A DNA stretch of 64,000 nucleotides, taken from assembly GCA_036743455.1 (NCBI GenBank), contig DAINPM010000007.1:3400-67399 (forward strand), written 5' to 3'. Below, piece by piece: positions 18,010 through 28,179 of this stretch; position 1 is the stretch's first letter, and each line of letters starts with the position of its first letter. The notes under the pieces were generated by a model that ran no database searches, was not told the origin of the DNA, and was given only the letters and a program-made list of their open reading frames with translations. The stretch is from Bacteroidales bacterium. GTDB taxonomy: Bacteria > Bacteroidota > Bacteroidia > Bacteroidales > VadinHA17. Position numbers and translations under genes: made by a program.

Positions 18010-19470
18010 TTATTTCTTTTCAGGCACCTGTTTCAGTGTTTCACACAGCAGGCTGAAAAATTTCTTTACAGAAGTAATACCTACTTTTTCGTCAGGAGAA
18101 TGCGGATACTTGATGGTTGGTCCAAAAGAGATCATATCAAGAGCCGGATATACTCCACCTATAATTGCACATTCCAGTCCGGCGTGAATAGCTTTTATCT
18201 CAGGCATTACTCCGAACAATTTTTTATAAACATCAGCAGATACGCCAAGTATCGGAGAATCCATGTCCGGTTTCCATCCGGGATAACCTCCCGACATCTC
18301 TACATCGGCATCAATAAGATGGAAAACAGCTGCAATACGCCATGCCGTAGCTTCTTTTGCGGAATCAACCGAGCTGCGACACAGATTCTGGACTTCAAAG
18401 TTACCTTTACTCACTTTTACGATAGCCAGGTTATTAGAAGTCTCAACTAATCCTTTTACTGCCTGACTCATTCTCTGAACACCGTTTGGACACGCAAAGA
18501 CAGCTCTTATAATTCTGTATTGATCGTTTTCTGACATTACTTTTTCCGGCATTTCGCATTTAATGGATGAAAATGACAAATCGGGTTCAGTATCGGTAAA
18601 TTCAGCTTTGTAGATCTTTTCGTATTCTTTCACGAATTTCTCAAATGCTTTCACTTTTTCATCTGCAACAAGCAATACAGAGTATGATTCCCTTGGTATT
18701 GCATTACGCAAATTTCCTCCTTCCGCTTCAGCAAGCCGGATATTAAAATCCGATTCCGCCTGCATAAGGAAACGGAACATAAGTTTATTTGAGTTAGCTC
18801 TGCCCAATGCAATATCCACTCCTGAATGGCCTCCTTTTAACCCTTTGGCTGTAATCCTGTAAGGAGTCATACCTTCAGGTACTTTTTCTTCCTTATATTT
18901 CTTTTTTGCACTAATATCCAGACCACCGGCACATCCCACACAAAGCTCATTTATATCTTCAGAATCCAGATTAATAAGAATATCTCCATCCAGTAGTCCT
19001 TTTTTCAAACCAAAAGCCCCGGTCATTCCTGTCTCCTCATCAATAGTAAAGAGTGCTTCAAGCGGACCGTGGGGAATATCTTCTGAAGCCAGAATAGCTA
19101 ATGTAGCAGCAACACCTATCCCATTGTCAGACCCCAGTGTAGTCCCGTTTGCTTTTACCCAGTCTCCGTCAATAAGAGTCTCAATAGGGTCCTTCTCAAA
19201 ATCATGTTTCTTATCATTGTTTTTCTGAGGCACCATGTCAAGATGTGTCTGTAATACAACACCTTTCCTTTTTTCCATCCCCCTGGAAGCCGGTTTTTTG
19301 ATAATAACATTCCCCGTCTTATCGACGATGGTCTCCAGTTTATGATCGTTCCCAAACTTTACTATATAATCTATAACTTTTTGTTCTTTTTTTGAAGGAC
19401 GCGGAATCTGAGTCAGATCATAGAAGAAATTCCATAATGCCCCGGGCTCAAGTTTACGTATATCGTTCAT
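18010..19470 (-). CDS. pepD: Aminoacyl-histidine (Xaa-His) dipeptidase, M20C family
   Basis: 486 aa. N-terminal text LEPGALWNFFYDLTQIPRPSKKE, LQTHLDMVPQKN, GSDNGIGVA and FTIDEETGMTGA are characteristic of PepD. Confidence 0.9.
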   Translation of the reverse strand: MNDIRKLEPGALWNFFYDLTQIPRPSKKEQKVIDYIVKFGNDHKLETIVDKTGNVIIKKPASRGMEKRKGVVLQTHLDMVPQKNNDKKHDFEKDPIETLIDGDWVKANGTTLGSDNGIGVAATLAILASEDIPHGPLEALFTIDEETGMTGAFGLKKGLLDGDILINLDSEDINELCVGCAGGLDISAKKKYKEEKVPEGMTPYRITAKGLKGGHSGVDIALGRANSNKLMFRFLMQAESDFNIRLAEAEGGNLRNAIPRESYSVLLVADEKVKAFEKFVKEYEKIYKAEFTDTEPDLSFSSIKCEMPEKVMSENDQYRIIRAVFACPNGVQRMSQAVKGLVETSNNLAIVKVSKGNFEVQNLCRSSVDSAKEATAWRIAAVFHLIDADVEMSGGYPGWKPDMDSPILGVSADVYKKLFGVMPEIKAIHAGLECAIIGGVYPALDMISFGPTIKYPHSPDEKVGITSVKKFFSLLCETLKQVPEKK

Positions 19471-19744
19471 TATTAATAGATTTAGTGAATATTACTTATT
19501 GTCATAAGAGTTAAAATTAATGATTATTATCGGAATAAGTGAAGTATTGTGATGAATATTTATCATTGTTTTTGCAGTATTTGGTATTTCTCATATATGC
19601 AGTTAAAATAAAAAAGTAATTATAAGGGAAAAATACAGTTTAATATGCAAGAGAATGATTTATGTTTCGTAACAAAAAATTAACAATCCGGCAGATAGTA
19701 TTAAGGCATATTTTCTAATTTTACACCAGATTTTGTAAAAAGAT

Positions 19745-19752
19745 TATATTTG
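19745..19752 (+). promoter_or_regulatory. Candidate -7 promoter box (TATATTTG) upstream of the long PiT gene
   Basis: Matches TAnnTTTG and lies about 87 nt upstream of the GTG start at 19839. There is no well-spaced -33 TTTG. Confidence 0.25.
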
Positions 19753-19838
19753 AATATCATTACCAGATTAGCCTGTCAGGTACAGATGCTATGGATTAAA
19801 AATCAGTCTGGTAGTATAATGCCGGAAATAAACAAAAG

Positions 19839-22127
19839 GTGAATATATATTTAATTTTTGTAATCATTCTGTTTATTCTAGCCATTTCGGACCTGGTAGT
19901 CGGAGTATCGAATGATGCGGCAAATTTTCTCAATTCAGCTATTGGTTCAAAAGTAGCACCCTTCAGAGTGATACTTGCTGTTGCCGGATTGGGAGTTCTT
20001 GTTGGAGCCACATTTTCCAGCGGAATGATGGAGATTGCAAGGTCAGGGATATTTCACCCTGATAAATTCTATTTTTCAGAGATCATGATTATCTTCCTTG
20101 CAGTCATGATAACTGATATTATTTTATTGGACACATTTAATACTTTCGGTTTACCTACTTCAACAACTGTTTCAATAGTATTTGAATTACTGGGGGCTGC
20201 TGTAGCAATATCCCTTATTAAAATCTCAAAAACTCCTGAAGGGTTTTCTGATATAGCAAGTTATATCAATTCAACAAAAGCTTTGGCAATAATATCGGGC
20301 ATTCTGCTTTCAGTAGTAATCGCTTTTACTGCAGGTATGATAGTCCAGTTTTTCACAAGGCTGGTTTTCTCTTTTAATTATCAGCGTTACATGAAATATT
20401 TCGGTGCCCTGTGGGGTGGGCTGGCAATTACTGCAATAATATATTTCATGATTGTAAAAGGGGCCAAAGGTGCATCGTTCATGACCGAAGAATCGTTGAC
20501 CTGGTTCAGGGAAAACACTGTAAGACTGTTGTTATATTCTTTTGTTTCAATTACCCTGCTATTGCAACTCCTGATATCATTCTTCAGGATAAATATTTTG
20601 AGAATTATAGTCCTGGTTGGAACATTTTCCCTGGCAATGGCTTTTGCAGGGAATGATCTTGTGAATTTCATTGGAGTTCCTCTGGCCGGATTTGAATCAT
20701 TCAGAGAAGCACTTTCTGCTCCCGGTTTTAATCCTGACACATACACCATGGAAGCTCTCAGTGAACCGGTAAAAACTCCAACATATTTTCTTATGCTTGC
20801 CGGGTTAATAATGGTTGCAACATTATTTTTCTCAAAGAAAGCCCGTAGTGTATCCCAGACAGAAATTGGTCTTGCCCGTCAGGATGCAGGAACAGAAAGG
20901 TTTGCTTCTTCCAGAATATCAAGAACAGTAGTCAGAGGATCTGTGGGAGCATCGAAATTCTTCAACAGAATTGTTCCATTAAAAGTAATAAACTTTATCG
21001 ATAAAAGATTCGATCCCCGGGTTTTCAACAAAAAGACAAAAAACAAACAGGATTCGACCTCTTTTGATCAACTAAGAGCTTCTGTGAATATGTTTGTAGC
21101 AAGTATACTTATTGCAACAGCAACTTCACTTAAACTTCCTCTTTCCACCACCTATGTAACTTTTATGGTAGCAATGGGTACATCTCTTGCAGATGGAGCA
21201 TGGGGAAGGGAAAGTGCCGTTTTCCGGATCACTGGTGTCACGACGGTAATTGGTGGCTGGTTTTTCACCGCTCTTATTGCCTTTACGGTGTCTTCACTTG
21301 TAGCTCTCTTCCTTAACTGGGGTGGATTAATAGCTATTTTTACAGCTTTAGCCCTTGCAATATTCCTCGTAATAAAAACCAATTTCATTCATAAAAAGAG
21401 ACTTCTTATTCAGAACAAAAAAGATGAATTGGATGATAAAGAGACACTCAATGGAGAAAACGTGATGCAGAGATGTTCTTCTTCAATAACAAAAGTAGTA
21501 AGTACTGTTTCCAAGTTGTATTTCTCAGCTATTTTCAGTCTCATCAGAGAGGACCGAAAGAAAATGAAAAAAGTTATAAAAAATGTTAATGAATTGAACA
21601 AGGATGCCAAAGAACTTAAATACAATATATATCCTATTCTAAAAAAGCTTGAGGAAGATTCTATTGAAACAGGACCTTTTTATGTCCAGATACTTGATTA
21701 TATAAGAGAAATGGCCCACTGTCTCAGATATCTTTCTGACAGTATATATGAATATATAGATAATAATCACCCGCCAGTAATACCCGCACAGGTTAAAGAT
21801 CTGCATGAACTTAACGAATCAATGAATGAATTTTTTGATGAAATATTCAGAATAAGCAAAACAAAAAAATTTAATGAGATAAACAATCTGATATCACAAC
21901 AGCAAGCGATCCTGGATCTTATCTCCAAAATAAAGAAAAGACACATTAAGTTCATTAAATCCGAACTGGTTGGTACAAGAAATACTCTTATGTATCTGAA
22001 TTTATTATCTGAAAGTAAAAATCTGGTGCTTCATACAATAAATATGCTAAAATCACACAGGGATTTTATCCTGAGTAACAAATCTCAAAAAATAACTAAC
22101 CAATTCAGTAAAATAGAAATGACCTGA
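19839..22127 (+). CDS. PiT-family inorganic phosphate transporter with a soluble helical C-terminal extension of about 244 aa (PhoU/DUF47-like by eye)
   Basis: The two PiT signature regions are present (GVSNDAANFLNSAIGSK and GNDLVNFIGVPLAG) in a multi-TM core. After the last TM helix (…AIFLVIKTNFI, about nt 21390) comes a charged, all-helical tail. Confidence 0.85.
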   Translation: MNIYLIFVIILFILAISDLVVGVSNDAANFLNSAIGSKVAPFRVILAVAGLGVLVGATFSSGMMEIARSGIFHPDKFYFSEIMIIFLAVMITDIILLDTFNTFGLPTSTTVSIVFELLGAAVAISLIKISKTPEGFSDIASYINSTKALAIISGILLSVVIAFTAGMIVQFFTRLVFSFNYQRYMKYFGALWGGLAITAIIYFMIVKGAKGASFMTEESLTWFRENTVRLLLYSFVSITLLLQLLISFFRINILRIIVLVGTFSLAMAFAGNDLVNFIGVPLAGFESFREALSAPGFNPDTYTMEALSEPVKTPTYFLMLAGLIMVATLFFSKKARSVSQTEIGLARQDAGTERFASSRISRTVVRGSVGASKFFNRIVPLKVINFIDKRFDPRVFNKKTKNKQDSTSFDQLRASVNMFVASILIATATSLKLPLSTTYVTFMVAMGTSLADGAWGRESAVFRITGVTTVIGGWFFTALIAFTVSSLVALFLNWGGLIAIFTALALAIFLVIKTNFIHKKRLLIQNKKDELDDKETLNGENVMQRCSSSITKVVSTVSKLYFSAIFSLIREDRKKMKKVIKNVNELNKDAKELKYNIYPILKKLEEDSIETGPFYVQILDYIREMAHCLRYLSDSIYEYIDNNHPPVIPAQVKDLHELNESMNEFFDEIFRISKTKKFNEINNLISQQQAILDLISKIKKRHIKFIKSELVGTRNTLMYLNLLSESKNLVLHTINMLKSHRDFILSNKSQKITNQFSKIEMT

Positions 22128-22206
22128 TTCAACGGTTTTTTTTATTTTTGTCTTTTAATTCAGAAGTATTATTCTTTTTTTTCACACTGATCAATAACTT
22201 TTAAAG

Positions 22207-22857
22207 ATGAATATTGATAAGATCCTCAAGTTTTTTGTTCCAAAGGATCATTCTTTTCATCCTCTTTTCGAGGAGAGTGCAAGAAATCTTGTTAAAGCCT
22301 CAGAACTACTCAGGCACATGTTAACTTTCACTGAGACCGAGGACCATGAAAAGATACACAAGGAGATAAAAGACGTTGAACATATTGGCGATATTATTAC
22401 AGATAAGACCTACGAACAGCTTAACAAATCCTTTATCACCCCATTTGACCGGGAAGATATACAGGATCTGATCTTTCACATGGATGATGTTGTTGATTCA
22501 ATTAACGGTGTAGGGAGAAGGATATGTCTTTACAAACCCAAAAAACTCCTCGCTGTTTACAAGGTTATGGCTGACATGCTTTATGAAGCTGCCAAAGAAA
22601 TTGAAGTGGGCATTCACTGTCTGAATGATGCTGCTGCCAATAAAAAAGAAATTACCCAGGCCTGTAACAATATCACTGCTATAGAACACAAGGTTGATGA
22701 GTATTACTATGTAGCTATTTCAGAACTTTTTGACAAAGAAAAAGATGCTGCTGAACTACTAAAAAACAATAAGATTCTTGAGATACTAGAGAGGTGTGTT
22801 GACCGGGCAGAAGATGTAGCTGACATTATTAAATCAATCCTAATCAAGATGGCCTGA
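22207..22857 (+). CDS. DUF47 (PhoU-like, TIGR00153-type) putative phosphate-transport regulator
   Basis: 216 aa. HIGDIITDKTYEQLNKSFITPFDREDIQDLIFHMDDVVDSI and a C-terminal CVDRAEDVADII are the hallmark DUF47 helices. It sits directly downstream of a PiT gene. Confidence 0.85.
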   Translation: MNIDKILKFFVPKDHSFHPLFEESARNLVKASELLRHMLTFTETEDHEKIHKEIKDVEHIGDIITDKTYEQLNKSFITPFDREDIQDLIFHMDDVVDSINGVGRRICLYKPKKLLAVYKVMADMLYEAAKEIEVGIHCLNDAAANKKEITQACNNITAIEHKVDEYYYVAISELFDKEKDAAELLKNNKILEILERCVDRAEDVADIIKSILIKMA

Positions 22858-22924
22858 AACAACCGGTCAGGTTACACTATTTCCTGCACCATGATAAAAA
22901 CATAAATAGCAATTCTCCTTTTTA

Positions 22925-24490
22925 TCATGATGGTCTTTGTCCTGAAGGAAGTTCCAGTCCGTAACCCTGTTTCTTGTCTGCCTGCCTTAGTTTATAAGCA
23001 AGAAAAATAGACACTACACCGCATAGCACGAGTATTAGAATAGGAATAGTGTAATCATAGGTCATCTCTCCTGCTCTTATAGCTTCAAGGTCTTTTTTGT
23101 TTGCAAGGTCAAGTACTGCTCCTATTCCCCAGAAAAATAAACCCAGACCCCAGTTCTGAACTGTGAACATTGAAGCATAAGCTGTTCCCAGACGGTTTTC
23201 TGCAACTATTTTGGCAACAGAAGGCCACATGGCTGCAGGAACAAGGGAAAATGCGATGCCTAGACTTAGCAGGCCTGTATAGGCCAGTATTTTAATGCTG
23301 AAAAGTGAGAGTGAGAGATGGGCAAAGATAAGCAATAAGGATCCAAGTATCATTAATGAAGCTCCTTTACCTTTTTTGTCGACATAATTCCCGAATATCG
23401 GAGTGAACAGGATAGTTCCAAGCGGTATCAGGGATGCTGTCTTCGGACCATTGGAAAACCATATCCTGAAAGTATCCTTAAGCAGGAAACAAAATCCAAG
23501 AAAAACGGCCAGGATTATCAACATAGATAAATTTTTATTAGCTCTGGATTTAATGTTTGAAGGTACAAGAGAAAATGCCAGTCCGAAAAAAAACAACAGA
23601 ATATATATACTTGAATTACCAAGTGCTTTGCTCCCAAAGAGAATTACGTTACTATTCGGATCATCAGGAAGATTATATGTAAAACCGAATTTATTGACGA
23701 GCATATCGGGTGCATATTGAATAAAAGGGAAGACTGCAGCATAGAAGGCCACACAGAGAAGTGCTATATAAATAAATGAAGGATTTGTAGCCAGTTTGAT
23801 AAGATCTGCAAAGCGGAACTCCTCTTCTTCGACTGCATTTTCTGCCAGTCCTGATTTTTGTTTATCAATTCTTAAATCAAAGAAAGTATAGATTATGAAC
23901 AATATTAACCCTATACCTATCAAAGTGGCGGCGAAAGTGACTGCAGGAGCCACATGTCCATTGGCAATGTCGGGTGATACCGCTATCCCAAGTGCCGAAC
24001 CAAGTCGACCAAACCCCACATTTACTGCCATGGCCAAAGCCATTTCATATCCTTTGAACCATTTTACTATTGTACGTGTTGCAACGACACAGGTTATCTC
24101 CAGACCAATACCGAACATAATACGACCTACTATCATCATTGTCAGCATAGTATTATGATCATTCCCAAATACTCCTGCTGAGGCCATTGCCGTAAGAGCT
24201 CCACCAATTGCAGCCAGGCCTCCAAAAATAATACCTGCCAACCTTATTCCCCACTTATCAAGAACAATTCCTCCGACTATTATCATGCCAAACATATTGG
24301 CTATTGTGGTCAGTCCAATTAACCTGCCGAATTCCTCACTGGTAAAACCAAGTTCAGATTCCATCAGACCTTTTAATCCGGAAAAGAAATCCTGAAACCA
24401 ATAAGTAGAAAACATTAGAGCACTTAACAATACAAGTATAAGCCACCTTAATGCAGCAGAGTCGCGTAAAGATTTATTTTCAGCATTCAT
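22925..24490 (-). CDS. MFS transporter (substrate unknown)
   Basis: 521 aa. About 12-14 hydrophobic helices are arranged in two halves around a charged central loop (…RIDKQKSGLAENAVEEEEFRFADL…). Confidence 0.7.
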   Translation of the reverse strand: MNAENKSLRDSAALRWLILVLLSALMFSTYWFQDFFSGLKGLMESELGFTSEEFGRLIGLTTIANMFGMIIVGGIVLDKWGIRLAGIIFGGLAAIGGALTAMASAGVFGNDHNTMLTMMIVGRIMFGIGLEITCVVATRTIVKWFKGYEMALAMAVNVGFGRLGSALGIAVSPDIANGHVAPAVTFAATLIGIGLILFIIYTFFDLRIDKQKSGLAENAVEEEEFRFADLIKLATNPSFIYIALLCVAFYAAVFPFIQYAPDMLVNKFGFTYNLPDDPNSNVILFGSKALGNSSIYILLFFFGLAFSLVPSNIKSRANKNLSMLIILAVFLGFCFLLKDTFRIWFSNGPKTASLIPLGTILFTPIFGNYVDKKGKGASLMILGSLLLIFAHLSLSLFSIKILAYTGLLSLGIAFSLVPAAMWPSVAKIVAENRLGTAYASMFTVQNWGLGLFFWGIGAVLDLANKKDLEAIRAGEMTYDYTIPILILVLCGVVSIFLAYKLRQADKKQGYGLELPSGQRPS

Positions 24491-24659
24491 ATAATCATGA
24501 TTTTGAGCTGTAAATGTAAAAAAATTTATGAATGAACCTGTCTAACCCAAAAACAATTAATGAACCAAACTGTTTTTTTATTGTTTAAAATAATGATTGG
24601 ATAAAATCTGATGATTTTATACTATTGAAAAAAGTTAAAAACAATATTTAAGAAAAATT

Positions 24660-25205
24660 ATGAGAAGATTAATAATTATACTTATGAGCACTCTGGCAAT
24701 TGTTACTGCAAATGCCCAGGCTTCATCAGCAAGTGAAAATGAAAAGGTTAAATGGCTCAGCATAGAGGAAGCAGAAAAACAGATGAAACAATCACCCAAA
24801 CCTCTCTTTATAGACACCTTTACTGATTGGTGCGGATGGTGTAAAAAAATGGACCAGGACACTTTCAGCAATCCTGTAATATCTGATATTCTAAATAATA
24901 AATTTTATCCTGTTAAGTTCAATGCAGAAAGCAAAGAGGATATAACCTTTCTAGGACAAACGTTCATTAATGACGGTAAAGCCGGCAATGCTCATCAACT
25001 GGCAGTGGCTCTTCTAAGAGGAGAATTATCATTCCCTACTGTTGTATTTTTAACTTCTGAAGAAGAAAAAGTGTATCTCACTCCTGTAAAAGGTTACAGG
25101 GACGCCAAAGAGATGGAACTATTACTTGGCTATTTCTCAGAAGAGATATACAAAACAAAAAGTCTTGAAGAATATCAGAAGGAATTTACAAGCAAAATAA
25201 AATAA
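24660..25205 (+). CDS. Secreted thioredoxin-fold protein (CxxC)
   Basis: Signal peptide MRRLIIILMSTLAIVTANAQA, and an FTDWCGWCKKMD active-site-like CxxC within a thioredoxin-like text. Confidence 0.7.
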   Translation: MRRLIIILMSTLAIVTANAQASSASENEKVKWLSIEEAEKQMKQSPKPLFIDTFTDWCGWCKKMDQDTFSNPVISDILNNKFYPVKFNAESKEDITFLGQTFINDGKAGNAHQLAVALLRGELSFPTVVFLTSEEEKVYLTPVKGYRDAKEMELLLGYFSEEIYKTKSLEEYQKEFTSKIK

Positions 25206-25221
25206 TACAGATTACAGCTTA

Positions 25222-26340
25222 TTATCTTCCGAGAAGATAGTTCGAAGGAAGTTGCATAATCTCTCCAAACTGATAAATTAGTTTTCGCGATTTATAAAGA
25301 AGTTCTTCTTCAAAACCGGCATTAACAGTAACGACATCCGGTATCCTGTAAAATAATTTGTCATAGACAGGTACTATGGGAGTTGTCGGTGTTTTTTTCA
25401 GTACTGTGATATCTTTAAGTTTTTGTTCCGGAACAAATTCTATAATAAAAGGTTTGCCATTACTTTCCTTAAAATTATCCGGGCCTGTCACTTCAGAAAA
25501 ATTGAATATTGGAATTCTGTTTCCTTTGTCATCAGGTGTTGGGATAACCTGATATGTAAATACTTTTGTTTCTGTGAAAGTACGTCCGGTAAACAAAGCA
25601 GTATATTCTTCTTCCATTTTGTTAAGTTCATTTATTGCTGCTGCATCCTGTGGAAATACATTTGCTTCTCCTATTAAAACCATAAATTTTCCTTCTCTGA
25701 GATCCATCAGTCGGTTTGCAGCTCTCTCTGCCAATTGTTCTGTAGTCAACTTATTCTTCCGGTCAACAGTATATGGTATCCTGATATATTGTTCATTCAT
25801 CTTTATCCTCTGAAAGGCAGTATCAGTGGATGTACGGTAGTATTCATCTGATCCCAGATCAAAAGAATGGAATTGTGAAAAATCCAATTCTTTGTCATTC
25901 ACCATCATACCATCATATTGATTCAATGCAGGTCCAATATCAAGGATCAGTCCGTTCTCTTTAAGGGCCAGTATGTTATTTTGCTGCAAAGTATTACTTT
26001 CGATAACATAAAACTCTGAAGGATCAACTTCTTCGTGAGAATGGATTTTAACATCCTTTATTGACCAGTATTCATCTTCATGCATTATAACATTGCCAAG
26101 TCCAAGCAGTTCTTCAGCGTACCTGGCATACGGTCCGGGTATCTCAATAGTTCTTTCCATCTCTACCCTGACAGTAAAAACAGTCATAGGTAATGCATAA
26201 ATAATTGTTCCCGGCCTCAGGCTTACAGTATCTGAAAGCGGAATGATCAAAGGTCCTTCTGTATGTTGTTTATTAAAGGAAGAACATGAAGCTGCTACTA
26301 AAGTGAGCAATAAAAAAATAACTGGAAATAGTTTTTTCAT
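25222..26340 (-). CDS. Hypothetical lipoprotein (possibly DUF4831-like; I cannot verify the family)
   Basis: Lipobox MKKLFPVIFLLLTLVAASCSS. 372 aa with no recognisable catalytic motif. Confidence 0.45.
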   Translation of the reverse strand: MKKLFPVIFLLLTLVAASCSSFNKQHTEGPLIIPLSDTVSLRPGTIIYALPMTVFTVRVEMERTIEIPGPYARYAEELLGLGNVIMHEDEYWSIKDVKIHSHEEVDPSEFYVIESNTLQQNNILALKENGLILDIGPALNQYDGMMVNDKELDFSQFHSFDLGSDEYYRTSTDTAFQRIKMNEQYIRIPYTVDRKNKLTTEQLAERAANRLMDLREGKFMVLIGEANVFPQDAAAINELNKMEEEYTALFTGRTFTETKVFTYQVIPTPDDKGNRIPIFNFSEVTGPDNFKESNGKPFIIEFVPEQKLKDITVLKKTPTTPIVPVYDKLFYRIPDVVTVNAGFEEELLYKSRKLIYQFGEIMQLPSNYLLGR

Positions 26341-26497
26341 CCTTTCAGAATTTTTATAAATAAAACACAGGTACTGAAAACATCCTTATATCTGATGCTT
26401 GTTGTAATAAAAATTTTATTCTGTTTTTATTAATGATAATAAGTATACATTATAACCCCTTTCAACATGTTATTATTATATCAACAAACCATGTCTT

Positions 26498-28009
26498 TCA
26501 CTCTCTTATCCTTTTAAAGGCTTCTCCTACAGAATCAACGATATCAGAAGCAATAAGAGATTCTCCGGATATTTTTTCTGCAGCAATATCGCCTGCCAGT
26601 CCATGAATAAAGACGCCTGTTATTGCCGCTGCAAGGGCATTGTATCCCTGTGCCAGCAAAGAAAGGATCATTCCGGTAAGAACATCTCCACTTCCTGCAG
26701 TTGCCATTCCCGGATTACCGGAACTGTTAAACCAGACTTTTCCATCGGTATCGGCAACTGAAGTATAAGCTCCTTTGAGCACCACAATGCACCTGTACTT
26801 ATGTGCGAATTCCATCTGTTTCATCAGGCGGGCATAACCGTCAGCTGCATTTCCTGTCAACCGTTCAAATTCTTTCGGATGAGGTGTCAACACGGTTTCA
26901 TAAGGCAGTTCATCAAGCCATTTCCTGTTCATTGAGAGTATATTAAGGCCATCTGCATCTATAACGATTTTTTTTTCGCTCTGTTTGATCATTTCGTGCA
27001 GGACCTCCTGTGTTTCGGGTTCAGTGCCCATTCCCGGACCAATGCCAAGAGCATTATACTTATCTGTAACAATCTTTTCTGTTATAATTCTATCTGATCT
27101 GTCATTAATAACCATTGCTTCAGGGATATATGTCTGAAGAATAATATTACCGGAAGAAGGAATGTGACATGATAAAAGACCTGCTCCGGTACGTAATGCA
27201 GCTTTTGCTCCCAGTGCAATGGCTCCTGTTTTACCATATGAACCACCGGTAAGCAGTGCATGGCCAAAATTACCCTTGTGATCAAATTTATTCCTTCTTT
27301 TAATAAAAGGAAGGACTATATCCTTATCAATAAATATCCACGGCGTATCCATCCTGTTAATAACATCCTGATGAAGACCTATAGGGAGGACAGCCCATTC
27401 TCCTGTATATTTTTCGTTTTCAGGGAACATAAAAGATAATTTCGGGAACTGAAAGCTAAGAGTATAATCTGCTTTGATTATATTTTCAGGGTTACTCAAA
27501 GAATTATCTTCACCAAACAAGCCGGAAGGAATGTCTACTGAAATAACTGTTGCACCTGTATGGTTTATTTTTCTGACAACCTCACCAGCAAGTCCTTCAA
27601 CAGGTCGCGTGAGGCCTGATCCGAAAATAGCATCTATTATGACTTCTCCCTCTTTAATTTGGGGAAAATCATGTATTCCGTTTATCACATTAAAAGGCAC
27701 ATGCGTCTCATTAATCAGTCTTTCTTTTTTATTTTTCCAGACAGCTGATGTAGTTCCACCAATATCAACATAAAAGACTTTGGGTTTATATGAGTTGTTC
27801 GACATAATTCTGGCAAGTGTCAGGCCGTCTCCACCATTATTACCTGGTCCTGTGAACAGATAAACTGGTATAGTCACCGGAAACCTGTTTGCATACCAAT
27901 CGAACAACTTTGAGGCAGCCCGTTCCATCAGATCTTCAGGACGCACAGGTTCATTAATGACAGTGTATTCATCTATTTTCTTTACTTCAGAACTCCGGAA
28001 TATTTTCAT
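26498..28009 (-). CDS. nnr: Bifunctional NAD(P)H-hydrate repair enzyme (epimerase + ADP-dependent dehydratase)
   Basis: The N-terminal YjeF-N text is GPGNNGGDGLTLARIM. The C-terminal carbohydrate-kinase-like text is GPGMGT…, VLTPHPKEFERL and GNPGMATAGSGDVLTG. Confidence 0.9.
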   Translation of the reverse strand: MKIFRSSEVKKIDEYTVINEPVRPEDLMERAASKLFDWYANRFPVTIPVYLFTGPGNNGGDGLTLARIMSNNSYKPKVFYVDIGGTTSAVWKNKKERLINETHVPFNVINGIHDFPQIKEGEVIIDAIFGSGLTRPVEGLAGEVVRKINHTGATVISVDIPSGLFGEDNSLSNPENIIKADYTLSFQFPKLSFMFPENEKYTGEWAVLPIGLHQDVINRMDTPWIFIDKDIVLPFIKRRNKFDHKGNFGHALLTGGSYGKTGAIALGAKAALRTGAGLLSCHIPSSGNIILQTYIPEAMVINDRSDRIITEKIVTDKYNALGIGPGMGTEPETQEVLHEMIKQSEKKIVIDADGLNILSMNRKWLDELPYETVLTPHPKEFERLTGNAADGYARLMKQMEFAHKYRCIVVLKGAYTSVADTDGKVWFNSSGNPGMATAGSGDVLTGMILSLLAQGYNALAAAITGVFIHGLAGDIAAEKISGESLIASDIVDSVGEAFKRIRE

Positions 28010-28069
28010 GATTTCAAATACAATAAACTACAAAATTAATCTCTTCAGCCATTAATAAAAAAAGATTAA

Positions 28070-28077
28070 TATATTTG
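28070..28077 (+). promoter_or_regulatory. Candidate -7 promoter box (TATATTTG) upstream of the POT transporter
   Basis: Matches TAnnTTTG. It overlaps the ORF-track TTG start at 28075, which supports the downstream ATG at 28180 as the real start. Confidence 0.3.
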
Positions 28078-28179
28078 TTCACTATCAGATATCAGTTCGT
28101 CCTGAAGAAGGTAATTATTACCTTACAGATCAGATATGTAACTGACCTGTTATTTATTTATAAACTAATACAATACTCA

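Noticed and set aside
19486-19569. Imperfect 17-nt direct repeat (tgaatattacttattgt / tgaatatttatcattgt, 14 of 17 identical) in the pepD-PiT divergent region, considered as a possible Pho-box-like pair.
   Set aside because: The sequence is very AT-rich with three mismatches and a 67-bp spacing that fits no known two-site operator. No Bacteroidota Pho-box consensus is known to me for comparison.
22890-22929. 11-bp perfect inverted repeat catgataaaaa / tttttatcatg between the DUF47 gene and the convergent MFS gene, considered as a terminator.
   Set aside because: The stem is almost entirely A/T, the loop is 18 nt, and one arm overlaps the MFS stop codon. The predicted stability is too low to call an intrinsic terminator with confidence.
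24493-24502. 10-bp self-complementary aatcatgatt immediately upstream of the MFS start codon, plus a duplicated aatgaacc octamer nearby.
   Set aside because: Both are short and AT-rich, and such palindromes are expected by chance in this composition. There is no supporting context such as an adjacent regulator.
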